A stretch of DNA of 64,000 nt from Diplonema japonicum (taxonomy: Eukaryota > Protista > Euglenozoa: Diplonemea). The stretch spans positions 248,001 through 312,000 of the forward strand of contig OZ025661.1 in NCBI GenBank assembly GCA_964019335.1. Direction: 5' to 3'. The notes under the pieces were generated by a model, which saw only the letters and a program-made list of their open reading frames with translations, was not told the origin of the DNA and made no database searches. Shown piece after piece: positions 33,101-44,915 of this stretch. The translations under genes were made by a program, and so were the position numbers. Position 1 is the stretch's first letter. Every line of letters starts with the position of its first letter.

Positions 33101-34423
33101 CATGGCGGCCGCCCGCCCGATCTCGGTAGTCCCTGTTCCATAGGATTGAGACCCGACAGAGAACTTTAAAAAATCCATGATGTTGCAGGTGAGGGTTCCG
33201 GTTTTGTCGCTGAAGATGTACTGGACCTGGCCCAGCTCTTCGTTGAGGGAAGATGTACGCGCTTCGCAAGGGGTGTCGGATTCCTCGTGGTACATAGTGA
33301 GGTCAGTGCCCATAAGCTGCGCTTGGATGATCTTGACAGTCTCCATGCTGACGTAGAGAGAGATGGGGATCAGATTGTTGAACAGGATGATGAAGGTGCC
33401 GACGCCCGTCAGCGCGGTGGTGACGGGGTTGAGATCTTCAGCTGAGAGATACCAATGATCCGTGAAGGAGCTTGTCGATATACCAAGACCCACGGCACAG
33501 ATGCTGCAGAGCGTCAGCTGCATTCCGAGGATGAAGATGATCTGGCTGTTAGTGGTTGCTTCCAGGTTGGACACTTTGTGCCGGGAGTCCTGTTGGTTCA
33601 TCATGAGCTTCGACTGCCGACCGGTATAGACCACCATTCCCATTATTTTTTTCGTGCTTCCTCCGAGCTTCGCCCCGCGGAGAAGGATGGAGTCGAAATT
33701 GACTGCTGAGGTATCTTCAGGCCTGTCGCCTCTGATGAGCTTACCTTCGAATTTGTAAAGATCCTTGTTCGGTGCCTCGCATTGAAGGGTTCCGACGAAG
33801 GAGCCGGGCTTGGATGCGTTGAAGGGGGCCACGGATGACTTCGGGTTTTCAAAGTGTGCTTTTCTGAGCTTTAAGTTGGTTTCGCCATCGAGGTTAGAAG
33901 TCTCGATGTGGCAGAGGCCTTGTTCTTCAGAGCTGTGGAGGAGGATGAGATCGGCGGGGAACTCTCCTCCCGAGACATCTCGTGAGATCTCAACGATTTC
34001 ACCGACTGATAGGTCCCGCCATTTCACGTCTTGCCAGGAGCCCTGACGAAATGTTTTTACGCTTTGGTTGTTGACTTCTCCGTCACGCTTATGACGCTTG
34101 TAGTCCTCGTAAGCGTCCTTTAGAAACGTAATGAAAAGAACGTTACTCAATGGGATTAGAGTTGTGAACCTTCCAGTTGGGGATAGACCCGGGATCAGCT
34201 GCAGTGTGGCAACCAGTAGAAAGTAGCAGTTTGCGTAACGGTGGAATTGCTCGAACAAGTTTTTCCACAGTACAAACCGGTAGGAGAGCGGGATGAAGCT
34301 GTACTTGCTTGTTCGGATGCCGTTCTCGCAGTACTTTTTTGTGTTCTCGTCGTAGCTTTGTACCGTGAAGGTTCTCTGGTCTTCTTCCTGCTTCTTCTTC
34401 CCCCCTAGCAACTTCTCGGTCAT
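30171..34423 (-). CDS. P4-type ATPase (phospholipid flippase, Drs2/ATP8A-like); 4 introns, about 1354 aa
   Basis: DGET, PISL, DKTGTLT and GDGAND motifs. The spliced 3' exons supply the last TM helices and the C-terminal GFAFS motif. Spliced length 4065 nt is divisible by 3. Confidence 0.93.
30472..30518 (-). other. 47-nt purine-rich GT-AG intron
   Basis: GTGTGGGAATGGGGG..GAAAAAAATCTAG; links to the GC-rich last exon in the correct phase. Confidence 0.75.
30923..30974 (-). other. 52-nt almost all-purine GT-AG intron (A19-CAAG acceptor)
   Basis: GTATAGGGGAGGGGG..GGG-A19-CAAG; joins LLHK to VQDWE. Confidence 0.85.
31104..31153 (-). other. 50-nt GT-AG intron (conventional pyrimidine-rich)
   Basis: GTATGCGATTTTTT..CTAATTTTTCCTCCTGTAG; restores the frame. 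Confidence 0.9.
31272..31310 (-). other. 39-nt GT-AG intron (A/C-rich acceptor)
   Basis: GTATGC..AAACACACACCACTAG; contains an in-frame stop; joins ALETR to SFTIANH. Confidence 0.9.
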
Positions 34424-34745
34424 TGCAACCCCTCCTCCTCCCACCTCCTCCCCCCTCCTGTTCGCCTGTTTCCGTTTCGAGCAGAACTTTAAAAAAAAAA
34501 GAAACACAAACGGGCAGTAAAAATATTACAATCAAAAAAAAAGAGAAATCTTGTTGTAAAAATAAAGGGGGGGGGTGAGATGGGGGGGAGGGGTTACAGT
34601 GAGGGAAAGTAAGGGATAAAAATAAAATAAAAAATACACACAAACTTTTTTTTTTAAATAAAAAACTTCATTCGTTCTCTCGTTCTTTCCCATGTTAACG
34701 ATTTTGATTTTACTTTTTTTTTCCCTGGCGCGGGCATGCCTTGTT

Positions 34746-37695
34746 TCACTGGACTACCCAGTCGTAGTCCTGTGTGGCATCATTCCACACCCATTCGCCT
34801 GCAGTCTCTTGGTGTTCTGTGGTACTGGGCTCGGGCTCGGGGGTCACCCAGTCATAGTCCTGAGTGTCTTCATTCCACACCCACTCCCCTGCGGGTTCTT
34901 CTGCTTCTGCTGTTGCTTGCACCCAATCGTAATCTTGTGTGGTTTCATTCCACACCCACTCCCCGTCTGCAGGCTCCTCAGCTGCTGCTTCTGGAACCAC
35001 CCAGTCATAGTCTTGGGTCTCTTCATTCCACACCCATTCCCCTTCAGCAGCTTCAGCGGTATCCTGTTCTGCTGTCACCCAGTCATATTCCTGCGTCTCT
35101 TCATTCCACACCCATTCCCCTTCTTGTTGTTCCTCCTTCTCAGCTGTCACCCAGTCATATTCTTGCGTCTCTTCATTCCACACCCATTCCCCTTCCTCTG
35201 CCAACTCCGGTTCTGGTTCGGGCTCGGCGGCCACAGGGTGCACAGGGCTGTCCTCAGCGGCAAGTGCCGGGGGTGTGGCAGGCCGCACCACCTCAGGGGA
35301 GGGCGACGCTAGCACAGAATCCGTCTGTGGATAGAAACATAAAGCAAGTACTCAAAAACTGTACACACCTTCCGTATTCTCTGTACTTTTTTAAACGGAG
35401 CGTATTTCTTGAGCAGCTTCCAGTACTCTCTTATTAGCTGCCTGTCCATTTTCAGCAAATCGGAAGCCGTCACTTGACTCCCCTGTGCATGTAGTGGGTT
35501 ATATGAAAGTGCCATACCCTGTCCACGTGAACAGGTGAGGGGGACCGCTGTGAGCGTGGGGGGAGTCCGTTGCTGCTCAGGTGTTCCCCATGCTTGAGAG
35601 GGGTGGAATGCTCCAGCTGCTTTATGAGGAGTCTAAGGGCGTCTTTCTTGGCGGGGTCGGTAACGGTCTGTGTGGCTTGCAGGTGTTGTTGTATGCATAC
35701 CTGAGCATAAGCGTTGCTCAGCTCCCTGAGCTCAGGTGTTGCCGATCGTTCGGAGGCCGCCGTGAGTGTGGCAGACACGGACCTGTCTCCTTGCAGCCTT
35801 TCAAGCTGCTCCTCAAGCGCTCGTCTTTGCAACATGTGCCTGTCGAGAAGGTCGCTCGTCTGGCCGTTCATCACATTCAACTGCTTCGCTTGCTTGAAGA
35901 CCTTCTTGGCAACAGACCGGTGCCCCGGTGACATTGGCTGCTCTGGTGCAGCGGGCGAGACCCTCTCAGGGGAAAAGTAAACAGTGTCATCCTGGACTGG
36001 AGACTGTGGCTCTACAACAACCTTCTTCTTCTTAGGAAGGTTCTTGCTGTACTCGTGCACCCTCTCTGCGTGCTTCTGAAGCCTTCGCATGTAGATCTCT
36101 TGGTGCAGCTCTTCCTGCTCGCCTGCCTCGATCTGCCTCCGCAACTCGCGTTCGTGCTTCGTCTCCTGAACGTGTCGCTTGTACCGTTCCAGCTGGCCGA
36201 GTTCTATCTCTCGTTCTCGCCTCCGCGAAGCGACGAGGTTTGTTTCATAAGGGACTGCTTTTGCCGAAGGGCTCCGCTTTCTCCGCAAGCGGTACACCTT
36301 CTCGCGCTCCGCAACGTGTGCTGGCGGGGAATGTGGGTGAGGCTCCTTTTCCGACAGCTCGTTGCCCGTGGACATAACCATGTTCGAGCCGCCTGTGGAG
36401 GGAGGCATGGGGAGCTCCTTGTGCATGCTATTCACCTCCCAACCGTTCAGACCAACGGAAGGGCTCCGCGACTCCGGAGACACTGAATGCATCGGCATCA
36501 ATGTCGGAACCGGCGCAGGGACAGGGACATGCACAGTACGGGTAGGCGTCGCTCCGTTGAGCGGTTCGCACTGTAGGTCTATCTTGCAGCCTTCAGGTGC
36601 AGTGACACGAACTGACATGCCCTTCCGGTCCCTTTTGGGAGAAGGGGATCGAAGGTACTCTGGGGGCATTGGGGGACCGTTACCGGGAAGCCAGCCCATG
36701 GCGGCTGCCTGATGGAGAGCGGACTCTTGGTAAGATGCTGGGGTGAACTCTTTGTTGGGCGGTGGGGAGGCTGCGGGGGTATACGGGGCGGAAAGGGTGC
36801 AAAGCGCTTCGAAGTCAAACTTGCTGTTCGCAGAGAACTGCGGGGCTAGACTGCACTTCCGCTTCTTGAGCTCCGATTTTATGTTGATGAGAAGGGTTTT
36901 GTACGAGATTGTCTCGATGCTGCCCGCAGCGCGGACGGCTGACGTGAACGAGGGAAGCAAGTTACCAGGAGAACCAACACCCAGTTCGAAGGACCGTTCA
37001 TCACGAGCGGCGGAGAGAAGGAGGAGCTCGGTGGTGGCCGGAAGTGCAGTGGGTTCCCCACGCACACCAACACCACTGTCCTCAGCCCATATTTTGAACG
37101 GAAGATTCATGAATGTACCCCCGAAACCCGCATCGCACAGGAGCGTCAAGCGAACTCCAGGAGGAAGATCGTTTAAAATATTCCGGATTTCACCTTCCGA
37201 GATCATACCTTCACGGAGGTGGTCGGAGGGGAGGATTCCGTGCTGCTTAGTGACCTGGTTCACGTAACCAGACAGCCCGATGAACGAGAAGATCAAAGCA
37301 TCTCCTGGATAAGATCCCTCAACAAGCCACCTTAACGCCTGGATGATGTTTTGTCTGGTGGGCTTCATGCGTGGCTGGTCGTCAGTGAGGACCCATTGTT
37401 CTCCTTTAAAACCTATCCCTGTGATGACGGACGATAGCTCTGCGGTGTGGGATGTTGCAGTGCGGACTTCCTTCTTTTGCCCTTTGTACGAAACGCCTAT
37501 GAGAACTGCTTTCTTTCCATTTCGTACGGTTCCCGTGAGGCCTGTTTTCGTGCTGCTTCCCGCGCTCCCGCTTCTTACCCTTCTCTTGTCCCGAGAGGAT
37601 ACTCGGTTGATGGTGGATGCTACCTGGCGTCCCCTCCCGGTCCTTATTTTCTCCACCTCGTAGTTCAATTGGTGTACTTTCCCATTGTGGGTCAT
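34746..37695 (-). CDS. Catalytically inactive metacaspase-like protein with a Pro-rich/coiled-coil middle and six acidic Trp repeats; 2 introns, about 956 aa
   Basis: KKAVLIGVSY, VLTDD..PTRQNIIQALRWLV and PGDALIF match the C14 fold. The catalytic His and Cys are replaced. Introns 35483-35517 and 35325-35368 join three ORF-track pieces in phase. Confidence 0.8.
34749..35195 (-). repeat. Six coding repeats GEWVWN(E/D)xTQ(E/D)YDWV
   Basis: Recurring acccagtcata..cattccacaccca on +. Confidence 0.9.
35325..35368 (-). other. 44-nt GT-AG intron
   Basis: GTGTGTAC..TATCCACAG, phase 0; gives the otherwise ATG-less repeat exon a start. Confidence 0.75.
35483..35517 (-). other. 35-nt GT-AG intron
   Basis: GTATGGCAC..ATGCACAG, phase 0. 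Confidence 0.75.
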
Positions 37696-38708
37696 GTTCT
37701 CATTTTTCTTTCCTTTTATTTTCGCTCCTTTGTTGTTTTGGCGTTTTATTTAATTGTTCTTTTGAGGGGGGGGGGGGATTAGGATAGGAGCAGGACGAAA
37801 AAAATGGGGGGGGGAGTGCGATAGGGAAGAAAAGAAAAAAAAAAGGAGAACAAAAAACTTTTTTTTTTACCAGCAAAAAAATTTTTTTATGAGTCATAAC
37901 AAAAAAAAAAAAATTTTTTTTTGAGTTCGCTCACTACACGGCATCGTGCTTAAATTCTGCTCTTTTTAAGAAGAAAAAAAAAAAACAAAACGAAAAAAGA
38001 AATATATATGAGTTAAAGGAAGTCTTTGTGGGACGCCCCCCTTGTTCTCATCTTCTCAAAAAAAAAAAAATATATATGAGGGATTCATAATTCTTATTTC
38101 ACGCCCCCTGTGCAACTTCTTTTTCCTTTGTTGAGGGGGGTGTAAGAAAGAGGATTTGACCGTTGTTTGTACTCAGTCTGCAAAATAAAAAGGGGGGGAG
38201 GGGGAAAGAAGAAGAATAATAACACACAATCGCGCGCACACATCGAGCCTCTTTAAAAAGAATCTGCACAGGCGGCAGACGGGATCTTAGGTCTAGAATA
38301 AATATCACAGCCCACTACCAAAAGCCTTGTACTGGTGCCAACCAGTTAGGGCACTTTTTTTTTTTGGTGCGCTCGGCAGCCCTTCCGAGTTTTTTGTTTT
38401 TTTGCTCATATCTCGGGGAGGGGGTGGCTATATTTTTTTTTTTTGGACCGTTTCTTTACATTTGCTTGACATTTTCTAAGGGGGGGAGGGAAACCCCTCC
38501 CTTCTTTTGCTGCAAAAAAAAAAAAAACAGGGCAAAGACGACGGGAGGAAAGAATCTATAAACAGGACAAGTATGAAAGTGCCTTTTCCTGGGGGGGGGG
38601 GGGGCTTAAAGAATGATGAAAATTATATGGAGGACCCCACAGAAGAAGGAAAAAAAAAATATATAGTGGGGAAGAAAAAAAAATGATGATAATCAACTGT
38701 GTATATTG

Positions 38709-38741
<33 letters not shown>

Positions 38742-39086
38742 GTAGTCTGGCAATAATCCTTGCAAGTTCTTTTGAAAAACAGCTATTTTGACTTTTTTTT
38801 TTTTTTTTTTTTTTTTTTCTTTTGTGAGTCATAAAAAAGCCAAAGGTTAAATTGAAAAACAACGGGCGACTGGTGGTGGAATAACTACCGGCCTGACAAA
38901 TCCTCAGATGCTAAAAGCACGTTCAGTGGCCTTGAAGAGAAGAAAACCAAACAGGACAGAAAATAGTCCGGCCTTAAAATGCCCATGCGCAACAAAATAA
39001 TAATAATAAAAAAAGAGAAATGCAAAAGAATCAATAAAAACTTCGCTCAAATCACAGACTTACCCACGTACTATGAAACCCGCAAC

Positions 39087-39117
<31 letters not shown>

Positions 39118-39351
39118 AGAAAAAAAAGAAAAGAAAAGAAAAAAAAATTCATTTTTTCTCCCCTTTATTATTGGGTTAGGGAGGCACAAAAAGAAACAAG
39201 CCATCGTTTGTACATGTTGCAACGTTTTGTTAAAGACAAGTCTAAACTCGCAAAAAAACAATGGAAGAAAAAATACAAATAACACCAGCATACACACTGA
39301 GCCTACACCAACTGGAATTTTAATTTTAATACATCCTAGTAGTAACTAGTT

Positions 39352-39386
<35 letters not shown>

Positions 39387-39451
39387 CAAACATTCCAAAC
39401 GTTCCAAAATACCTTGCTTTGACATCGGGTATGTTCTCTAAAATAATTTAA

Positions 39452-41246
39452 CCATCTACCAACGGACCATTTTTGCCCACCAGGGGGGTAAATTTTCAAA
39501 ACTTCAAAAAAAACTATTCTAGCGCAACGCTGGGGCTAAATGCCTCCAGATGTCCCAATTCTAGAGAGAGGGTGCCCACAGCAGGGCCCACCCCCACAAC
39601 ATTGTCAAAAATATCGTTCCCGAAGTGCTCGAGAGGGGGTACAAAAAACAAGTCAAAAAAAAATCGACTGTAAAATTCTATAAAAAGCTATTTAAGGCCT
39701 TCTTGACGCGGTTCGTACGTGCCCCAGGGCTGGGGGACTTCTTTTTTGACCCCGGGAGGGGTTTCTGGGGGGTATCCCCGGCAAGGTGGTAGTCTTTGAA
39801 GCCCGGAGTCACGCAAAGTTGTACCAAGCAGGCTGAACACTGAAATAGGGGTCTTTTCGACTTGCAATGCTTGCACCGCACGTTGCGGGGAAATGGTCCC
39901 AGAAGGTACTGTCGCGTCGCATTGGGGCCTCAGGGCACTCGTTCTGTGTTTCGGGGCATGGTATTGGGGCAGCCTGCTCTGTAGTTGACTTTAGCTGTTG
40001 TTTGGGCAGCCTCCCTAGTAGCCCTTCGATGACTGCCTCTTTGAAAGGCGTGAATCCACTGTCGTTCATACTCAGGGTGTTGGGGGGCAACGCTTCTTTC
40101 CAAACAAGCCGGGCATTTGCCAGAGATTTATCTAACAAGTACGAAAATACTTTCAGGGGCCACTTCGAAGTCATAAGGGTGCGTTCATGGCGTTTTGTCA
40201 CACACCCAGCGTCGGTTCCGCCCATTGCGGTGTTGTAAATATGCACTTGGTGGGGAGTGGGATGTCCTTTCTGGAGGGCCTCCGGCTTTCATTCTCTTTT
40301 GGCCGACACGCCAAATTTGACTTCACCAGAACATCCAACGTCGACAGAAAGCGCACAGGCTTGATGTCATGCCACGTTGTGGTGCAAAGGATGCTCACGT
40401 GCTGGTGGAACTGGGTGTCCCCACAGGGTGCGCGTCCTTGGGCTTGCGGCCTCGCTTCTTTGGGGCATCCGTGATCTCCGGGAGGCCTTCGCGATAGGTA
40501 GAAGTCAGCACGCTTGTTTGTTTCGCTGTGGAAACACAGATTTCCCAGAATAGTCAAAAAGCGGTCTCTTGACATGACGGTGGCGTACCCAGGGGTGGGT
40601 TGAGAGGCGTGGAGCCAGTGCGCCAGTAGTCAGAATAATCTGGCTTGATATCCAAGTCCATCGACAAAAAGGCACCTAGGAAGGTATGCAGAGAAGCAGC
40701 ATCGAGATCCAGGGAAACACCTTTTTTAGCCGCATTTGCCACATTGTTCGAAGTTATGACCCCGAATAACGTTTGGGACGAGCATTTGGGAGAATATATG
40801 GAATGGCGTTGAGCCTCTGATGTCAAAACAGGGTCCACAAGGATTCCGATCTTCACGAAACCGGATGCCTTCCAACTGCTCCGGCTTTGCCGTCCAATCA
40901 CCCTGCTGTGACTCGGAATCGGTCGAATTCGAATCAGAATCACTGTTCGTATCAAAATTGCATAATAGGGATGAGCCATCAGTGCTACCATCACTCATAA
41001 TGTCCTCTTCCGGCCTCTTTCTGGGTGCCCTTTTTTGAAGTGATTTTTAAGGGTAAATTTGGGCTGGCGTTTTTTTTTATTTTTTCATTTTCTTGCAAAG
41101 TTAGGGCAGCATTTAGTTTATATTTTTCATAGTTTCCGCGCAGGACCCCAGATGCGAGAAGTGTCCGGGCTGTATTGCATTGAAAGCCCTTTGCGCAAAA
41201 GATTTTTTTTCAAATCGTCTCTATAAAGACGCTCGTTGGTAGATGG
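39452..41246 (-). mobile_element. Decayed piggyBac DNA transposon (family 1)
   Basis: 13-bp TIR CCATCTACCAACG at both ends and TTAA target duplications (39448-51, 41247-50); internal transposase remnants. Confidence 0.92.
39678..40998 (-). pseudogene. Frameshifted, internally deleted piggyBac transposase
   Basis: Fragments: acidic N-terminus, MSRDRFLTIL..LCF, WHDIKPVRFLST, YNTAMGGTD..KWPLKVF..NA, and a C-terminal CxxC..CxxC..LC..YH domain. Confidence 0.88.
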
Positions 41247-41588
41247 TTAAGAGTTAAAAAAGGCCGGTGTTGGCAAAATAAGGTTATGGTATTGGTGTAT
41301 GCAATGAATAAAAAAAGGGGGGGGGGAGAATAGGTTTTCTTTTCTGTTCTTTTTCTTTCTCCCTAAGGTCTGGTCCTCTCCTTTATGTGATTAATTTATT
41401 ACCAGAGGAGAACACCTCCCCCCCCCCCCCCTTTTTAGTTTACAATTCATATTTTCTTTTTATAATAATCGAAGGGAAAAAAAGGGGGGAAGAAAAAAAA
41501 CACAAGCGCTCTCTTTCTTTTCTGCCTGAGAATACAACCTCAACTCAGTACGTAAGGGCAGCTTGGGGTGGAAAGGGAATAAAAATCC

Positions 41589-41626
<38 letters not shown>

Positions 41627-41796
41627 AAAAAAATATAAAAAAAAAAGAGTACGCCACTTGAAAGCCGCGGGGGTGCTAGACGAGAAGTAAAAAAAAAAAG
41701 AAACCATATTGCACAACTCCTAAACTAAAAAAAAAAAAATAATAAAATAAAATAAAGAGGTAAAAGGAAATCCCTGATCTGGGACGTCCTGTTCTT

Positions 41797-42136
41797 CTAC
41801 CTGCCCCTATCTCCCTTCAGCGGCTTCGGTCTTTCCTTTTTGGGCTGAGCCCGCTCCCTCATGGCGCTCACCCGCTCCTTCTGCCACTGCTGTCTCAGTT
41901 TCTGGAGGTCCTTCTTCGTCTGTTCCGAGACGCCCCTATGGTCCTCAGGCCGTGGTTCCGCCGTTGCTCCGCCGGTATGGCTCTGTGTCCCCTGACCTTC
42001 CTCCTTATCCGCGCGTCCTGCCAGCCTTCCTGCAGCCTCACCAGCAGGCCATGCAGCCGCCTCGTCGTGTCCTCGCGGCAGCACTCCGTGCAGCTGCATG
42101 CACCTCGGCATGGCCGTCCGTTCCTCCACCACTGCT
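41797..42136 (-). CDS. Possible small orphan gene or gene relic (GC-rich island)
   Basis: GC-rich island downstream of a poly-T..AG site. Two overlapping minus-strand frames both look partly protein-like; the true frame is unresolved. Confidence 0.3.
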
Positions 42137-42238
42137 CTAAAAAAAAAAAAAAAAAAAAAGATGGGAGGTGGAGGGAATAATGACACACTAACAAAAAAAA
42201 AGAATTTCTTTTTTTTTTTTTTTCTTCCTTCTTTCCTT

Positions 42239-44507
42239 TTACTCCGCAACGGGGATATATGAGTCCCCGTAAGAGGCCTGTGAAGTTGCCGGCGGGTGCC
42301 TAGGTGGCGTTGCGGCAGGTGGAGTAGCAGCGAGGTAGGGCCTCAGCCGGTGCTGCTGGTTGTAAGAAAAATTAAGAAACTGATTCTCTATCTCCATAGG
42401 CGCAGGGGGGGACAATGACATGGAGTGGTTCAGGTCCGTCGTAGGTCGCTCTCCCTTAGCTTGCGTGTTAAGGGGAGGCCTGAATGGAGGAGACACTTTC
42501 CGAGCACGAAGGTCACCCCAGTTTAACCCCTTGAAAATCTTCAGTGGTTTACACAAACTAATGGTGGACACCCTCTTCAGAGGCTCCCGTTCTAACATCA
42601 TAGTGACGAACTCCCTAGCGGGCTTGGACACGATGGAAGGAAATTTCACGCTTTCTTCAATGATCCGTAGAAACATCTCTTGAAGCGAGTCCCCTGCTTG
42701 GAAAGGAGTCGCACCAACTAACATCTCATACACCATAATCCCCAACGACCAGAAATCCACAGCTTTTTTGTACCCTTGCCCCTCAAGCACCTCAGGCGCT
42801 ACGTACTGAGGAGTTCCGCAGAATGTATACGCCTAAAAAAAAAAATTTTTTTTTTCCCAAAAAAAAAAAAAATCATACTCTGCCTGACTCGGTTATATCT
42901 GTTGCGAGTCCCAGGTCTGTCAGCACAGCATGGCCATCGGTGTCTAAAACCACGTTTTGAGGTTTCAAATCCCGGTAGACGATTCCGTGTGCATGAAGGT
43001 GGTCTAATGCCAGTAGAATCTGAGCGGCGTAGAATCTCGTCCTACCTTCCGTGAACCTTCTGTCTTTGGTGAGATGGGTGCGTAGGTCGCCACCTCCCAG
43101 ATATGACATCACAAGGTACAGTTTAGTGCTCGTCTGGAAGGCGTAATGCAGGGCCACGATGTAAGGGTGTTTCATAGACTGCAAGATAGCCTTCTCCTCC
43201 ATCATCATCCTCGCTATTCGTATCGAGGGTAGCGCCGATTTCTTGACAACCTTCATTGCGAAGATGTTGTTCTGCCCAGAATCAAGTGATACTGGGGGGT
43301 CCAACAGAAAATCCAGATCCTGTCGCGCGTGGGGGTACCGTTGCAGTAATTTTCTGTGCAGCTCTTGTTCTTGCCCGACCGAATGCGTCGCGATGGTGTC
43401 CACCGCAGCCGCCCTTTCGGTTCGGTATTTCATGTAAAAACTGTACAGTTTCTCCCGCAGCCATTTCTGACGGTCTTTGTTGAGTTCTGCTGCGTTAGGG
43501 AGTGTAGGGTCGGCTGTTTTAAGCCGCACTCTGATCACCTTCGCGAACGATCCCCGTCCTATCACCTTCCCAAGTTGAAAATCCCTCAATGTCATCCCCG
43601 CCTCTGTTGAAGGCAGCAACGCTTCCAACCAATCTTGCATAGCAGACGCCCCTGAAACCTCACACCAATTTATCGTTTTTGTGATCGCGCGAACCCATTC
43701 ATTCCGTTCCTCCTCTGTATCAGTGGCCATCTCATATGTGCGGGGGAGGTCGCCGGAGATGGCGAAAGCGTGTTGTCGACCTTCAGTCTCGCAAACATCA
43801 ACACGTGCACATGCTAAATTAATACGCCCGAGAGACTTCTCCCCCGGGCCCGTGGAGTAATGGAGATATTGCTTGTGAAGCTCGCACCACCGACGGCGGT
43901 ACAGCTTTATGATACCAAGACCCTTCTTTTCAAGCCAGCCGGAAAAATCCGGGGCGCCAAGAGCGTCATTGGAATAATCACAGAAACGAAGCGTCAAGAC
44001 AGTGGCATCCACAGCTGAAGTCGCGACATCTGCATGGGACGTCACAGGGTGCCCTCCTACATGGGTGAGAACCTTATACAACATGGGTTGCAGAACAGGC
44101 GAGATGGTCGAGAGAACACGTAATGTGTCGCCTTCAAATTCGATAGGCAAACCTGACATCGCTTCTTTTTCGAAGGTTACTTCATGGTTGTCCAGTGGAA
44201 GCCTATCAGTGTGGAGTGGTTGCAGTGGAGGTGTCTCGCCAGAGGATGAGCACCTGCTCACAGGTGGCGTTGTCGGGAGCTTGAAATACTCCTCAACCAC
44301 CTCCACTGCACAGGGGACTTCTCCTTGGAATTCTACGTGGACGCCATTCGCCTTAACAGGCTCCCCTTTATGGATCATCATCATTCCCCTGTACACCGCC
44401 GATCCCCTTGGTCGTGACATGCCGAAGTCCATGGTGTCGCCCACATGGGTGGTGCGTTGCTTTTTGTGCATTTTCCGCTTTTCTCCATCGTCGTCATCTT
44501 CGCTCAT
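42239..44507 (-). CDS. PH-domain AGC family Ser/Thr kinase (Akt/SGK-like); one intron, about 740 aa
   Basis: PH domain ([22 protein letters not shown]); [23 protein letters not shown]; [12 protein letters not shown] restored by splicing; AGC tail PPFRP..FLNFSY. Confidence 0.92.
42833..42878 (-). other. 46-nt GT-AG intron (T-rich)
   Basis: GTATGATTTT..TTTTAG; joins ESGR to AYTFCGT in the activation loop. Confidence 0.92.
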
Positions 44508-44915
44508 CGGTGTGGTGTGATTTTTTTTTTTTTTTTTTTTTTTGTGTGTTGTGCTTCCTGTTGTTGGGGGTGTCATTTTTTTTTTTTTTTTTTTTGATGA
44601 GAATGGTGAAGAATGAGAGGAAAATAGAATAAATAACAGAACGGAGAGAGGGGGGAGGGGGGGTCACATGGTAGTGGTAAAATGGGGGGGGTTTTTTTTT
44701 TCCATTCAATTTCGCCAGAGTACTGGAGCCACCTAATCCTGCACCCCCTTTTTTTTTTCCAAGAAAAGAAATCGATTTCCGCCCGATTCTTGCATTTTTT
44801 AAAAAAGGTGATCACGGCTTGGTACCTGACCTGTTGTTTCCCCTGTTCCATTTGAAAATTTCTTTTACCACGTTTTTAAGGGGCATGTGACCCCCCCCCC
44901 CCCCCCCCCCCCCCC

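Noticed and set aside
34749-35195. Repeat-spacer-like pattern resembling a CRISPR array
   Set aside because: The repeats vary at synonymous positions, are in frame within a eukaryotic exon, and there are no cas genes.
27646-38831. AP-1-like TGA(C/G)TCA sites at 27646, 27742, 37890 and 38825
   Set aside because: The 7-mer also occurs inside CDSs, and the count is near chance expectation.
42137-42242. Possible extra kinase intron (GTAAAA..TTTTAG) extending the CDS to 41797
   Set aside because: The phase fits, but the donor lacks the +4 T seen in all other introns, it is longer than the rest, and the kinase is already complete. Left uncalled.
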